From Candidatus Eiseniibacteriota bacterium (GTDB taxonomy: Bacteria; Eisenbacteria; RBG-16-71-46; SZUA-252): a DNA stretch of 64,000 bases. Each line of letters starts with the position of its first letter. Positions within the stretch are counted from its first letter, which is position 1. Under the pieces are notes generated by a model. That model saw nothing but the letters and a program-made list of their open reading frames with translations. It was not told the origin of the DNA and ran no database searches. The stretch spans positions 1 through 64,000 of the forward strand of contig JANMQV010000003.1 of NCBI GenBank assembly GCA_031370645.1. The letters are read 5' to 3'. Below are positions 16,098 through 26,479 of the stretch, piece by piece. The translations under genes were made by a program, and so were the position numbers.

Positions 16098-17207
16098 ATG
16101 GTAACGACCACGCTCGCGCGCTGGACGCGCGGCGACGACCACGATGTTCTCGACTTGGACGCGCTGGCGCCGGAGGGGCTCGGCCCCTTCACCACGTCGC
16201 TCGGACTGGTCGGAACGAGTCCCGCGATGCTCGCCCTCGGCGAGCGGTTGAAACTCCTCGGCCGGAGCCACGCCACGGTGCTCATCCGCGGCGAAACCGG
16301 GACCGGGAAAGAACTCGTGGCGCGCGCGCTCCATCGGCTGAGCCCGCGCGCCGAGAAGCCGTTCCTCCCGCACAATTTCGCCTCCATCCCCGATACGCTC
16401 GTCGAGAGCGAACTCTTCGGCCATGCTCGAGGCTCGTTCACGGGCGCGCATGCCGATCGGGCGGGGCTGTTCGAGCAGGCGAGCGGCGGGACCCTCTTCC
16501 TGGATGAGATCGGAGACGCCAGTAGCGGCGTGCAGAGCCGCCTTCTCCGGGTCTTGCAGGAGGGTGAAATCCGGCGGGTGGGGGACGCCAAGGCGCGCCG
16601 CGTCGATGTCCGCGTCGTCGCCGCCACCCATCGCGACCTGGTCGCGTCGGTGCGCGCCGGACGATTCCGCGAAGACCTCTTCTACCGGCTCCACGTGTTG
16701 GAACTCTCCGCTCCACCGCTCCGCGACCGACGCGACGATGTTCCGCTCCTCACCGCGCACGTGCTTCGCCGACTCCGCGACCGGGAGGCGCTCGGGGTCT
16801 CGGGGATTTCTCGCGGGGCGCTTCGACGGTTGGTGGCGCACGAGTGGCCGGGGAATGTGCGGGAGTTGGAGTCGGTCCTGACGCGCGCCGCGCACACGGC
16901 CGCGCCCGGCGCGCCGATCACCGAGGCATCGCTCGGCGACGCCGTGGCCCGGGGGACCGGTTGGGTGCGCGAGGAGCCGGAAGCGCTCCGCGAACGGACT
17001 CGGGTCTTCGAGGCCGGCGTCATCGAGCATGCGCTCCGCCGTCATGGCGGCAATCGGACACGCGCCGCGCGGGAATTGGGGCTCACCCGGCAGGGTCTCT
17101 GGAAAAAGTTGCGCCGGCTCCGCGGTTCGCCGCCGGCGTGCGACTCCCTGGACGAAGCCATCGTCGCGATCGCGCCGTCGGCGCCGGCGACGGGGGATTG
17201 GTCTTGA
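16098..17207 (+). CDS. sigma54-dependent enhancer-binding protein (AAA+ and Fis HTH) with no regulatory domain
   Basis: Walker A GETGTGKE, ESELFGHARGSFTGA, Walker B LFLDEIG, FREDLFYRL, WPGNVREL and HTH GNRTRAARELG. Confidence 0.92.
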   Translation: MVTTTLARWTRGDDHDVLDLDALAPEGLGPFTTSLGLVGTSPAMLALGERLKLLGRSHATVLIRGETGTGKELVARALHRLSPRAEKPFLPHNFASIPDTLVESELFGHARGSFTGAHADRAGLFEQASGGTLFLDEIGDASSGVQSRLLRVLQEGEIRRVGDAKARRVDVRVVAATHRDLVASVRAGRFREDLFYRLHVLELSAPPLRDRRDDVPLLTAHVLRRLRDREALGVSGISRGALRRLVAHEWPGNVRELESVLTRAAHTAAPGAPITEASLGDAVARGTGWVREEPEALRERTRVFEAGVIEHALRRHGGNRTRAARELGLTRQGLWKKLRRLRGSPPACDSLDEAIVAIAPSAPATGDWS

Positions 17208-17283
17208 TTTAGGAGGGGTTCGCGACCGATACTCGCCCCGCATTCGCCCGTCGAAACCCAACCCTCGCCCCGGAGATCGTGTC

Positions 17284-18297
17284 GTGGAAAAGAGTCCCCT
17301 CCGTCTCGGCGTGATCGGCGTCGGGCTCGTCTCTCAGATCAATCACCTCCCCTGCCTCAAGAAGCGTCCCGACGTCCAGGTGGTCGCGATCTGCGACGAC
17401 GATCCCGAGAAGGCGCGCATGGTGGCGCAGCATTTCGGCATCGGCCGCACCGTGGCGGATGGGGAGACGCTCCTCCGGGCCGACGACATCGACGCCGTGA
17501 TCATCGCCACGCCGAATCACCTTCACGCCCCGATGACCATCGCCGCGCTCGGCTATGGGAAGCACGTCCTTTGCGAAAAGCCGCCGGCGCGAAACGCGGC
17601 CGAAGCGGTCCAGATGGCGGAGGCGGCCAAGAAGTCGGGGAAGATGCTCTTCTACGCCATGAACAACCGCTTCCGAAGCGACGTGCAGGTGCTGCGCGCG
17701 TACATGGAGCGGAAGGAGTTCGGGAAGATCTTCTACGCCAAGACCGGGTGGCTAAGGCGTCGGAGCGATCGCCGCGGGCCGTCGTGGTACCAGAACAAGC
17801 GAAGCGCGGGCGGCGGCGTGCTGATGGATCTCGGCACGCAGATGCTCGACTTGGCGTTCTGGCTCATGGGAAACCCGAAGGTCGCCTCGGTGACGGCGAC
17901 AAAGTACGCGAACGATCCGCGCCAGGAAGTGGAAGACACGCTGGCCGCCCTCCTGGTGTTCGAGAACGGCGCGTCGCTCTCGCTGGAAGTCTCGTGGGCG
18001 CTCCTTCTGGAGAAGAACTTCCCGTATTTGAATCTTTTCGGGACCCACGGCGCGGCGCTCCTGAATCCGTTCCGCATCCACAAGGAGCTGAACGGGAACC
18101 TTCTGAACGTCACGCCCGCGCTCGACACGAAAAACGTCTACAAGGCGTCGTACGAGGCGGAGCTCGACCACTTCATCCGCTGCCTCACGCTCGGCGAGAA
18201 GCCCATCGTCACGCCGGAAGACGGCGTCGCCCTCATGAAGGTCATCGACGCGATCTACCAGTCGGCCGAGGCGCGTCGTGAGGTCCGCCTCGATTAG
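17284..18297 (+). CDS. Gfo/Idh/MocA-family NAD(P)-dependent oxidoreductase
   Basis: Motifs GVIGVG, IATPNHLH, KHVLCEKP and GGGVLMDLG; GTG start with a GGAGA SD. Confidence 0.9.
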   Translation: MEKSPLRLGVIGVGLVSQINHLPCLKKRPDVQVVAICDDDPEKARMVAQHFGIGRTVADGETLLRADDIDAVIIATPNHLHAPMTIAALGYGKHVLCEKPPARNAAEAVQMAEAAKKSGKMLFYAMNNRFRSDVQVLRAYMERKEFGKIFYAKTGWLRRRSDRRGPSWYQNKRSAGGGVLMDLGTQMLDLAFWLMGNPKVASVTATKYANDPRQEVEDTLAALLVFENGASLSLEVSWALLLEKNFPYLNLFGTHGAALLNPFRIHKELNGNLLNVTPALDTKNVYKASYEAELDHFIRCLTLGEKPIVTPEDGVALMKVIDAIYQSAEARREVRLD

Positions 18298-19924
18298 TCC
18301 CTTCCGCGGGCTCGTCCTAGCGGCCGCCTCCGGGATACTGATCAGCCTCTCCTTCCCGAATACCGGCGCGTGGTGGCTCGTCTTCGTCGCGCTCATTCCG
18401 CTTCTGATGGTGATTCACCACGGCTCGCCCGCGCCCGGCGCGCATGGCCCGGCCGACCGCGTCTCTCGGTGGGCGCCCTGGATCACCGGCATCGTCGCCT
18501 CCGTCTTCGTCTTCCACTGGATCACGCGCATCCCGACCCACGCCATGACCCAGCCATGGTTGATCTGGCCGGCGCTCTTGCTCCTGGGCCTCTATCTCGG
18601 CCTCTACGTCGCGCTCTTTGGTTGGATCGTGCGCATCGTGCGGCGGCGACTCGGGATCTCCGTATTTCTCGTGGCGCCCGTCGCCTGGAGCGCTTCCGAG
18701 TGGCTCAAGTCATCGGGAGAATTGGGATGTCCCTGGGGGAATCTTGGAACCGTCTTGGCGGGGCACCCCGCGTGGGTGCAATGGGCGTCGGTGGTTGGGA
18801 CGCAGGGGCTCACGTTGTGGATCGTGGCGGTGAACGCCTTGGTGGCGGCGTCGCTCGTGAAGTTCGCCTCGCGGCGGCTGGTGGAGGGCGCGCTTCGCTT
18901 GGCGCTCGGTGTCGCGATTCTGGCGTTGCCTCCGCTCTGGGGCGCCGATCGACTGCGCGACGCCGTACGCGCCGCGGCCGCATCGCCCGTGGCGTTTCAG
19001 CCGATCGCACGCGTCGCGCTCATCCAGCCGAACATTCCGAGCGACGAGAAGTGGAATCCTGCGCATCAGGACAGCGTGGTCGAGGTCATCTATCGCCTCA
19101 CGCACGAGGCGGCCGCCGCGGATACGGCCGGGCTCGACCTCGTGATCTGGCCGGAAACGGCGCTCCCGTTCTATGTCCGGCTGGAGCCGGTCAAGTTGAG
19201 AAGGCTGCTCGACACGGCGAAGGAGATCCGCACTCCCATCCTGGCAGCCTATCCCGACGCGCGCCTCAGTTCGTCCGGCGACGTCACGACGCACAACGCC
19301 GCGGGGCTGGTGTCGCGCGCCGGTTCGATCTCGGGGCAGTACGAGAAGATTCACCTTGTGCCGTTTGGTGAGCGGATCCCGTTCCAAAGCCTCTTTCCGT
19401 TCCTCGGTCGATTCGATCTCGGTCAGGCGGAGTGGACCCCGGGAACCGATCCGTTGGTCTTCGGGGGAGCGGGGCCATCATTCGGAGTGTTGATCTGCTT
19501 CGAGTCGATCTTTCCCGGCGACGCACGGCGATACCGGCTCGGGGGCGCGCAGTATCTGGTGAACATCACGAACGACGAATGGTTCGGGAAGTCCGCCGGG
19601 CCGGTTCAGCACGCGGATCTGGCGGTGTTGCGATCGGTGGAACTCGGGATGGGTCTCGTGCGCGCGGCGAACACCGGCATCTCGATGATCGTCGATCCCT
19701 ACGGCCGAGTGACGGAGGCGACGGGGTTGTTCGAGCAGCGAATCGTGATCGGCGACGTGCCCGCGCCCCTGCCGCCGACGACGTACGCGCAGTGGGGGGA
19801 CTGGACGACCCTCTTGTCGGTCGTGCTCGTGGTCGTGCTGCTCGTGGCCGCCTGGTTCCGCCCGGTGGGGAGACGGTCGGAACCGCTCGCCGTGTTGAAG
19901 TCACCGCCCGCCTCACCCGGTTGA
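18278..19924 (+). CDS. lnt: Apolipoprotein N-acyltransferase
   Basis: TM N-terminus; motifs IQPNI, IWPETA, YEKIHLVPFGE, ICFES, NITNDEWFG and RAANTGIS. Confidence 0.95.
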   Translation: MRSASISPFRGLVLAAASGILISLSFPNTGAWWLVFVALIPLLMVIHHGSPAPGAHGPADRVSRWAPWITGIVASVFVFHWITRIPTHAMTQPWLIWPALLLLGLYLGLYVALFGWIVRIVRRRLGISVFLVAPVAWSASEWLKSSGELGCPWGNLGTVLAGHPAWVQWASVVGTQGLTLWIVAVNALVAASLVKFASRRLVEGALRLALGVAILALPPLWGADRLRDAVRAAAASPVAFQPIARVALIQPNIPSDEKWNPAHQDSVVEVIYRLTHEAAAADTAGLDLVIWPETALPFYVRLEPVKLRRLLDTAKEIRTPILAAYPDARLSSSGDVTTHNAAGLVSRAGSISGQYEKIHLVPFGERIPFQSLFPFLGRFDLGQAEWTPGTDPLVFGGAGPSFGVLICFESIFPGDARRYRLGGAQYLVNITNDEWFGKSAGPVQHADLAVLRSVELGMGLVRAANTGISMIVDPYGRVTEATGLFEQRIVIGDVPAPLPPTTYAQWGDWTTLLSVVLVVVLLVAAWFRPVGRRSEPLAVLKSPPASPG

Positions 19925-19949
19925 CACCCACCCCAAACCCGGGTAACCT
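19921..19949 (+). promoter_or_regulatory. sigma70-type promoter for the ecfT-truA-htrA-pur genes
   Basis: TTGACA-N17-TAACCT; the TGA inside the -35 box is the lnt stop codon. Confidence 0.7.
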
Positions 19950-19960
19950 CCTGATCTTAG

Positions 19961-20764
19961 GTGGGCCACGGTCTCCATCGGGAGCCTGCGAACCCGCCTC
20001 CGACGGCACGGAGGATGCTCAGCGCGGTGCCCGGCTCGCCCGAACGAAACGACCCGACCTCTCATCCCGCTTCCGCGCGTCCGCGTCACCCGGCGGCGCT
20101 CCTGGCGTTCGCCCTCGCGGCCGGCGCCGGAATCTCCTTCGCCCGCGCCCCCATTTTGCTCGCGCTCACGACCATCTCATTCGCCGCCCTCACGCTTCGA
20201 GCGGAAGGGAAGCGGCCTCGCGCTGAACTCCCGTTCCTCGGACTCGCGGTCATTCTCTTTCTGGCCCACGCGATCCTGGCTCGCTTCCAACCTCAGGCCA
20301 CAATCGCGGCAACCCTCCTGGCCCTTCGACTTCTCGCGCTCGTCTATCTCACGCGGTGGGCGGTGAAGACCTTCCTGCCGGGTGCCGCGCAGTGGCTGCT
20401 CGAACAACCGATCCCCACGCGCCCTCGTCCGCTGGCGCTCGCCGTGGAGAGCGCACGTCTCTCGACCGCGCTCCTCCCGCTCGCGGCGAAGGAAGCCGAG
20501 GCGCAGACGCTCGCGCTCAAGGCTCGCGGGATTCGCACCGGGCGTGGGCTCCTCGGTCGCGCCCGCTTCACGGCCGCGTGGATTCTCCCCTTTCTCGGGA
20601 CCATGCTCCGCGTCGGAGACGCTCTGGCCGACGCGCTTCACGCTCGCGGCTACACGCCCGGTAAGCGTCGTGTGGGGCTAGCGCGGGCGCCGTGGGCCTT
20701 GACCGACGCCGGCCTCGTTGTTTTGGGAATCGCGATCGCGGGGGCGCTCTACCGTGGGTTCTGA
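19961..20764 (+). CDS. EcfT/CbiQ-like energy-coupling factor transmembrane component
   Basis: TM helices plus two Ala-Arg-Gly coupling motifs (LKARG and LHARGY); directly upstream of truA. Alternative start is ATG 20015. Confidence 0.65.
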   Translation: MGHGLHREPANPPPTARRMLSAVPGSPERNDPTSHPASARPRHPAALLAFALAAGAGISFARAPILLALTTISFAALTLRAEGKRPRAELPFLGLAVILFLAHAILARFQPQATIAATLLALRLLALVYLTRWAVKTFLPGAAQWLLEQPIPTRPRPLALAVESARLSTALLPLAAKEAEAQTLALKARGIRTGRGLLGRARFTAAWILPFLGTMLRVGDALADALHARGYTPGKRRVGLARAPWALTDAGLVVLGIAIAGALYRGF

Positions 20765-21545
20765 GCGCCGGCTCGCCACCATTCGCCTCGCCGTCGAGTA
20801 CGACGGCACGGCATTTCACGGCTGGCAACGCCAATCGCGCGCCCGTTCCGTTCAGGGAGAGATCGAAGCCGCCCTGGAACGTATTACCGGCGCGCCCGCT
20901 CGCGTGACCGGCGCCGGCCGCACCGACGCGGGGTGTCACGCGGCGGGGCAGGTGGCGAGCGCCACGGTGGAGACGCGCTTGGAACCGGCGCGACTCCTGG
21001 CCGCGCTCAACGCGCATCTGCCGCACGATGTCCGGATCGTGGAAGCGGTGGAGGCGCGCGCGGAGTTTCACGCCCGCTTCGACGCGATACGCCGGTCGTA
21101 TCGATACCTCATCGTTCCGCCGCCCGCCGCCATCGATCGCGCTCGGGCGTGGGTGCGCCCGATGAAATGCGATGCGGAGGCGCTCCACCGCGCATCCCAG
21201 CCACTGAAGGGGGAGCACGATTTCGTCTCCTTCTCGAAGGCGACGCCCGACGCCGACTCCACTCGCTGCCGCGTCACACGCGCGCACTGGAGCGGGCGCG
21301 AAGGCCGCTTCCGGTTCGACATCGAAGCCGACCGATTCCTGTACACTATGGTTCGTAAGATCGTCGCGACGATCGTCCGCGAGGCGGAGTCGGGACGAGG
21401 CGCCGGCTCGGTTCGCGCGGTGTTGGAAGCACGCGACCGGAGGGCGGCGGCGCCGCCCGCGCCGGCACACGGTCTCTATCTCATGCGAGTTCGATATCCG
21501 CGGATCGGTTGGGTTCCGCGGGGGAGGATGAATGTCGTCGGTTAA
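20754..21545 (+). CDS. truA: tRNA pseudouridine(38-40) synthase
   Basis: Motifs EYDGTAFHGWQ, AGRTDAG, FHARF, FLYTMVR and APAHGLYL. Confidence 0.96.
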   Translation: MGSERRLATIRLAVEYDGTAFHGWQRQSRARSVQGEIEAALERITGAPARVTGAGRTDAGCHAAGQVASATVETRLEPARLLAALNAHLPHDVRIVEAVEARAEFHARFDAIRRSYRYLIVPPPAAIDRARAWVRPMKCDAEALHRASQPLKGEHDFVSFSKATPDADSTRCRVTRAHWSGREGRFRFDIEADRFLYTMVRKIVATIVREAESGRGAGSVRAVLEARDRRAAAPPAPAHGLYLMRVRYPRIGWVPRGRMNVVG

Positions 21546-22782
21546 TCCAGTACCAGGCACGGAACGCGCTGGTTCGCCTTGGTCCGCGGGGACGCTCGTC
21601 GCGGGCGTCGTGTTCGGACTCCTTCTCATCGCGGCGCTCCTCCTGGCGACGCGCGGCTCGAAGCAGGGAATGCAGCCCGGCACGCCACTCTTCGAGACGT
21701 TCCCGGCGGCGGCCTCCGCGCGCCCCGATTCGAACGAACTCCCCGCGGCCCTCGATGGCTCGCGGCGCACCGCGATCGTCCGGGCGGCGGAGCGGGTCGG
21801 CCCGTCGGTCGTCACGCTGAGCGTGATCCAATCGCGCGTCGTTCAGACGACGCCACTCGGCGTCGGAGACGAATTCTTCGAGCCTTTCTTCCGCGACATG
21901 ATTCCCCAATACCGCTATCGCGAACAGATCCCGAGCATGGGCTCGGGTTTCATCATCTCCTCGGACGGCTACGTTCTGACGAACGAGCACGTCATTCGGG
22001 GGGCCGACCAGATCAAGGCGATCCTTTCGGATGGCCGGACGTTCGCGGGCCGCGTCATCGGGGCTCACCCACGCTACGATCTCGCGGTGGTGAAGATCGA
22101 AGGGAAGAATCTCCCCGTCGCCTCGCTCGGCACCGCGAACGACCTCATGGTGGGCGAGTGGGCGATCGCGATCGGCAACCCGTTTGGCTTCCTCTTGAAC
22201 GACGTGCAGCCGACCGTCACGGCGGGAGTGGTCAGCGCCACGCATCGCGACATCAAGTCGCAGAACGACGACGGCGGCATCTACAAGGACATGATTCAGA
22301 CGGATGCCGCCATCAACCCGGGGAACTCGGGCGGTCCGCTCCTGAACGCGAAGGGCGAAGTGATCGGCGTGAACACCTTCATCTTCTCGAAGGGCGGAGG
22401 CGGATCGATCGGCATCGGCTTCGCCATCCCGATCGACGCGGCGAAGCGCGTGGTGGACGAAATTCTCAAGTACGGCAAGGTCCGAAATGTCTGGATCGGC
22501 GTTCGCACCTGGGAATTGACGCCCTATGTCGCCGAGCGCCTCTCGACCACCGACAAGAACGGTCTCTACGTTTCCGTCGTGGAGCGGGGGAGCCCCGCCG
22601 ACAAGGCCGGGATGAAGGTGGGCGACATCATCCGGAAGGTGAACGGGACGACGATCCGCGACGTGCAGGAAGCCTACCGTGCCATCTTCGGCGCGAATGT
22701 CGGCGACACGATCACCTTGACCGTGGACCGCGACACGAAGCAGATCACGTTCCGGCTCCTGCTCGAGGAGGCGCCCGAGTGA
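21532..22782 (+). CDS. HtrA/DegP-family serine protease with N-terminal TM anchor and one PDZ domain
   Basis: Motifs GSGFIIS, LTNEHV, DLAVVK and TDAAINPGNSGGPL; PDZ motif SPADKAGMKVGDII. Confidence 0.93.
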   Translation: MSSVNPVPGTERAGSPWSAGTLVAGVVFGLLLIAALLLATRGSKQGMQPGTPLFETFPAAASARPDSNELPAALDGSRRTAIVRAAERVGPSVVTLSVIQSRVVQTTPLGVGDEFFEPFFRDMIPQYRYREQIPSMGSGFIISSDGYVLTNEHVIRGADQIKAILSDGRTFAGRVIGAHPRYDLAVVKIEGKNLPVASLGTANDLMVGEWAIAIGNPFGFLLNDVQPTVTAGVVSATHRDIKSQNDDGGIYKDMIQTDAAINPGNSGGPLLNAKGEVIGVNTFIFSKGGGGSIGIGFAIPIDAAKRVVDEILKYGKVRNVWIGVRTWELTPYVAERLSTTDKNGLYVSVVERGSPADKAGMKVGDIIRKVNGTTIRDVQEAYRAIFGANVGDTITLTVDRDTKQITFRLLLEEAPE

Positions 22783-22816
22783 CGCCGGCCCCAAGCGTGA
22801 CCGGGGGAACGGCTCG

Positions 22817-24130
22817 ATGATTCCGCGCTACAGTCGCCCGGCGATGGCCGCGATCTTCGACGACGCGACGCGCTACCAGATCTGGCTCGACGTGGAGATC
22901 GCCGTCACCGCCGCGATCGAAAAGCGGGGTGAGGTTCCGGCGGGCACGGCGGATCGCATCCGCGCCGGCGCGCGAGTGAATGTCGCGCGGATCGATGAGC
23001 TCGAAGAGACGCTTCGTCACGACGTGATCGCGTTCCTCACGCAGATCGGCGAGACGGTGGGAGCCGACGCGCGCTTCCTTCACCTCGGGATGACGTCGTC
23101 GGATCTCGTGGACACGTCGATGGCGCTCCAACTCGTCCGGGCGACCGATCTCCTCGTAACGGAGGCCGAATCGCTCCGCGAAACCACGCGCGGCCTGGCC
23201 CTCAAGCACAAAGACACGATCATGGTCGGACGGACGCACGGCATCCATGCCGAGCCGATCACCTTTGGGCTCAAGGTGCTGGTTTGGTACGAAGAACTCG
23301 GTCGTGCCGTCGCGCGGCTTCAGTCGGCGCGCGCGGAGATCGCGGTCGGCAAGCTCTCCGGCGCGGTCGGTACGCTCGCTCATATCGCTCCGGACGTAGA
23401 GGAGGAGACGCTTCGCTCCCTCGGGCTCGAGCCCGAACCGGCCGCGACACAAGTGGTGCAGCGCGATCGCCATGCCGCGTTGCTCTCGGCCGTAGCGCTC
23501 CTCGGCGCGTCGGTCGAGAAGATGGCGATGGAGATCCGCCACCTCCAACGGACGGAGGTGCTCGAGGCGGAAGAGCCGTTCCGCGAGGGGCAGAAAGGCT
23601 CCTCCGCCATGCCGCACAAGCGAAACCCGGTGAACTGCGAGCGAATCTGCGGCTTGTCGCGACTCCTTCGCGCGAACGCGCACACCGCCACCGAAAACGT
23701 GGCCCTCTGGCACGAGCGCGACATCAGTCATTCGAGCGTGGAGCGGGTGATCGTTCCCGATTCTTTCCTGGTCGCCGATTTCATCACTTTCCAGATGCGG
23801 GAAATCCTGGCCGGGCTCCTCGTCTACCCCGAGCGGATGCGCGTGAATGTGGATCGCACTCGCGGGCTCGTCTATTCGCAGCGGGTTCTCCTCGCCCTCA
23901 CCACGGCGGGGCTCGCGCGCGAGAAGGCCTACGCCATCGTTCAGCGCCACGCCATGGACGCCTGGAAGGCGGAACCCGATTTGATGACGCGGCTCCTGGC
24001 CGATTCCGAAGTCACGAAGGCCCTCGACCGCGCTTCGCTGGAGCGTTGCTTCGACCCCGAGTATTTCCTTCGTCACGTCGGCCACATCTTCGATCGTGTC
24101 CTGGGAGCCACGCTTGCCGCCCACCGCTGA
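22817..24130 (+). CDS. purB: Adenylosuccinate lyase
   Basis: Motifs MIPRY, HDVIAF, GRTHGIHAEP, GSSAMPHKRNP and WHERDISHSS. Confidence 0.97.
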   Translation: MIPRYSRPAMAAIFDDATRYQIWLDVEIAVTAAIEKRGEVPAGTADRIRAGARVNVARIDELEETLRHDVIAFLTQIGETVGADARFLHLGMTSSDLVDTSMALQLVRATDLLVTEAESLRETTRGLALKHKDTIMVGRTHGIHAEPITFGLKVLVWYEELGRAVARLQSARAEIAVGKLSGAVGTLAHIAPDVEEETLRSLGLEPEPAATQVVQRDRHAALLSAVALLGASVEKMAMEIRHLQRTEVLEAEEPFREGQKGSSAMPHKRNPVNCERICGLSRLLRANAHTATENVALWHERDISHSSVERVIVPDSFLVADFITFQMREILAGLLVYPERMRVNVDRTRGLVYSQRVLLALTTAGLAREKAYAIVQRHAMDAWKAEPDLMTRLLADSEVTKALDRASLERCFDPEYFLRHVGHIFDRVLGATLAAHR

Positions 24131-26477
24131 GGCGCCCGTTCTCCCGTTCGCCGAAGCCGATCCCGCGGCTCTGAAGAAGTTGCTCGCCCAAGAAGGCCTC
24201 CGGCTCGCGCCTGGTGAAGTGGCGAAAATGCTCGAACTCCTCGGGCGAAACCCGACGCGCGTCGAGGCGACCCTCTTCGACACGATGTGGAGCGAACACT
24301 GCTCCTACAAGAGCAGCCGCCGCGTATTGAAGGCATACCTGCCGACGGAAAGTCCGGACGTGATCCTCGGCCCGGGAGAAGACGCCGGCGTCGTTCGCTT
24401 CGGGACGCATAACGGCGTCGAGTACGCCCTCGTGATCGGGCACGAGAGTCACAACCACCCCTCGCAGGTCGTTCCGGTCGAGGGTGCCGCCACCGGCATC
24501 GGCGGCATCGTTCGCGATATCAACTGCATGGGCGCCGAGGTGATCGGGGTCCTCGACGCGCTCCGCTTCGGCGATCCCGAAGGACCGCGGGCCGCGACGG
24601 TGCGCGAGATCGTTCGCGGCGTGGTGGACGGCATCTGGCAGTATGGCGACCCGCTCGGCGTTCCGAATTTGGGCGGCGATGTCTTCTTCAGCGGCCGCTA
24701 CGACGAGAACTGCCTCGTGAACGTCGTCGCGCTCGGACTCGTGCGAAGCGATCAGGTGGTTCGGAGCCGCGTGCCGGATGCGGCAAGGACGGAAGCCTAC
24801 GTGCTGGTCCTGGTCGGGAAACCAACGGACGAATCGGGATTTGGCGGCGCCTCCTTCGCCTCGGCCATTCTCGACGAGGATGCCGAGGACCAGCGCGGCA
24901 AGGTCCAGGTTCCCGATCCCTTTCTGAAGCGCGTTCTCTTCGAAGCGAATCGTGCGGCGCTCACTTGGCTCCACGCCCAGGGCGCGCCGTTCGGATTCAA
25001 GGATCTCGGCGCCGGCGGCATCGCCTGCGTCTCCTCGGAACTCGCGGCGGCGGGCGGCTTCGGCATGGATGTCGACCTCGACCTCGTGCCGACGCCGGAA
25101 GGGGAGTTCCCCTCGGAAGTGCTCGCCTGCTCCGAAACGCAGGAGCGCTTCGCGTTCGTCGTGCCGGAGCGTCTCGCGCCCCGTCTTCTCCAGATCTATA
25201 ACGAGGAGTACGCGCTCCCGCTTGTCTATCACCGGGCCCGCGCCGCCGTCGTCGGCCGCGTGCGGACCGATGGGCGCTACCGCATTCTCCGCTTCGGCCA
25301 GACGGTCTGCGACGCTCCGGTCGAGGTCGTGACGGCGGGAATTCAGCACGACCGCCCGCGCCGAGCCCGCGCCGCGGCACCGCCGGAGTCTCCGCTCCCG
25401 CCCGTTCGCGACCACGACGCGCTCTTCCGGAAACTGATCGCGTCGCCGAACCTTGCGTCGCGGGAGCCGATCGTTCGCTACTACGACACCGAAGTGCAGG
25501 GGCGCGCCGTTCTCCGCGCCGGCGAGGCGGATTCGGGAGTCTTGGCTCCGATCCCGGGGAGCAAGCTCGGCTGCGCGATCACGGTGGATGGGAATCCCTG
25601 GTACGTTGCCGCCGATCCCTATTGGGGCACGGCGCACGTGGTGGCCGAGTCGCTCCGGAATCTCGTGGCTGTCGGCGCGCGGCCCATCGCGCTGACCGAT
25701 TGCCTCAATTTCGGAAATCCCGAGGATCCCGAAGTCTTCGACGAGTTCGAGAAGAGCGTGCAGGGGCTGGGTGACGCGGCGCGCGCGCTCGGGCCGAAGG
25801 GAACGGCGGGGCCACCCGTCGCCATCGTCTCGGGAAACGTCTCCTTCTATAACGAATCGTCGAATGGCCGCGCCATCGAGCCGTCGCCGATCATCGCGGC
25901 GCTCGGCGTGCTCGATGACTACAGCGTCGCCATCACGAGCGGGCTGAAGCGGGCGGGCAACGTCGTGGTTCTGACGGGCGCCCGCGAAGCGCGGCTCGGC
26001 GCCTCGCAACTGCGCCACGCCTTGACCGGCGAAACCGGCGGACAACTTCCGACCCTCGATTTCGAGCGCGAGCGACGTCGCACCTACGCCGTGCTCGAGG
26101 CGGTGCGCCAGGGGCTTCTCCTCTCATGCCACGATTTTGCCGAAGGAGGGCTCGCCATCACCGCCTTCGAGATGGCGCTCGGCGGCTTCGTATCGCAGGG
26201 CCTCGGGCTCCAACTTCCGATCTCCGCGCTCGGTGACACGTCTTCCGAAGTGAGGCTCTACTCTGAAGCGCCCGGCTTCCTGATGGAGGTTCGGAAGGAA
26301 GCGCTGCCCCGCTTGATGGCGCTCTTCACGGAGCAGGGAGTCGACGCCACCATCACCGGCCGCGTTTTGGCCGAGCCGCGGTTCAAGGTGCTCGACGGCG
26401 GCGCGACCCTTATCGACATCGATCTCGCGGAGGCCGCGCGCCTCCATTCCGACGGCATTCGACCCTACGTGGAGTAA
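24096..26477 (+). CDS. purL: FGAM synthase subunit PurL (small type)
   Basis: Motifs MWSEHCSYKSS, ESHNHPS, GAATGIGGIVRDI, DLGAGG, SETQER, CLNFGNPE and SGNVSFYNE. Confidence 0.96.
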   Translation: MSWEPRLPPTAEAPVLPFAEADPAALKKLLAQEGLRLAPGEVAKMLELLGRNPTRVEATLFDTMWSEHCSYKSSRRVLKAYLPTESPDVILGPGEDAGVVRFGTHNGVEYALVIGHESHNHPSQVVPVEGAATGIGGIVRDINCMGAEVIGVLDALRFGDPEGPRAATVREIVRGVVDGIWQYGDPLGVPNLGGDVFFSGRYDENCLVNVVALGLVRSDQVVRSRVPDAARTEAYVLVLVGKPTDESGFGGASFASAILDEDAEDQRGKVQVPDPFLKRVLFEANRAALTWLHAQGAPFGFKDLGAGGIACVSSELAAAGGFGMDVDLDLVPTPEGEFPSEVLACSETQERFAFVVPERLAPRLLQIYNEEYALPLVYHRARAAVVGRVRTDGRYRILRFGQTVCDAPVEVVTAGIQHDRPRRARAAAPPESPLPPVRDHDALFRKLIASPNLASREPIVRYYDTEVQGRAVLRAGEADSGVLAPIPGSKLGCAITVDGNPWYVAADPYWGTAHVVAESLRNLVAVGARPIALTDCLNFGNPEDPEVFDEFEKSVQGLGDAARALGPKGTAGPPVAIVSGNVSFYNESSNGRAIEPSPIIAALGVLDDYSVAITSGLKRAGNVVVLTGAREARLGASQLRHALTGETGGQLPTLDFERERRRTYAVLEAVRQGLLLSCHDFAEGGLAITAFEMALGGFVSQGLGLQLPISALGDTSSEVRLYSEAPGFLMEVRKEALPRLMALFTEQGVDATITGRVLAEPRFKVLDGGATLIDIDLAEAARLHSDGIRPYVE

Positions 26478-26479
26478 TC

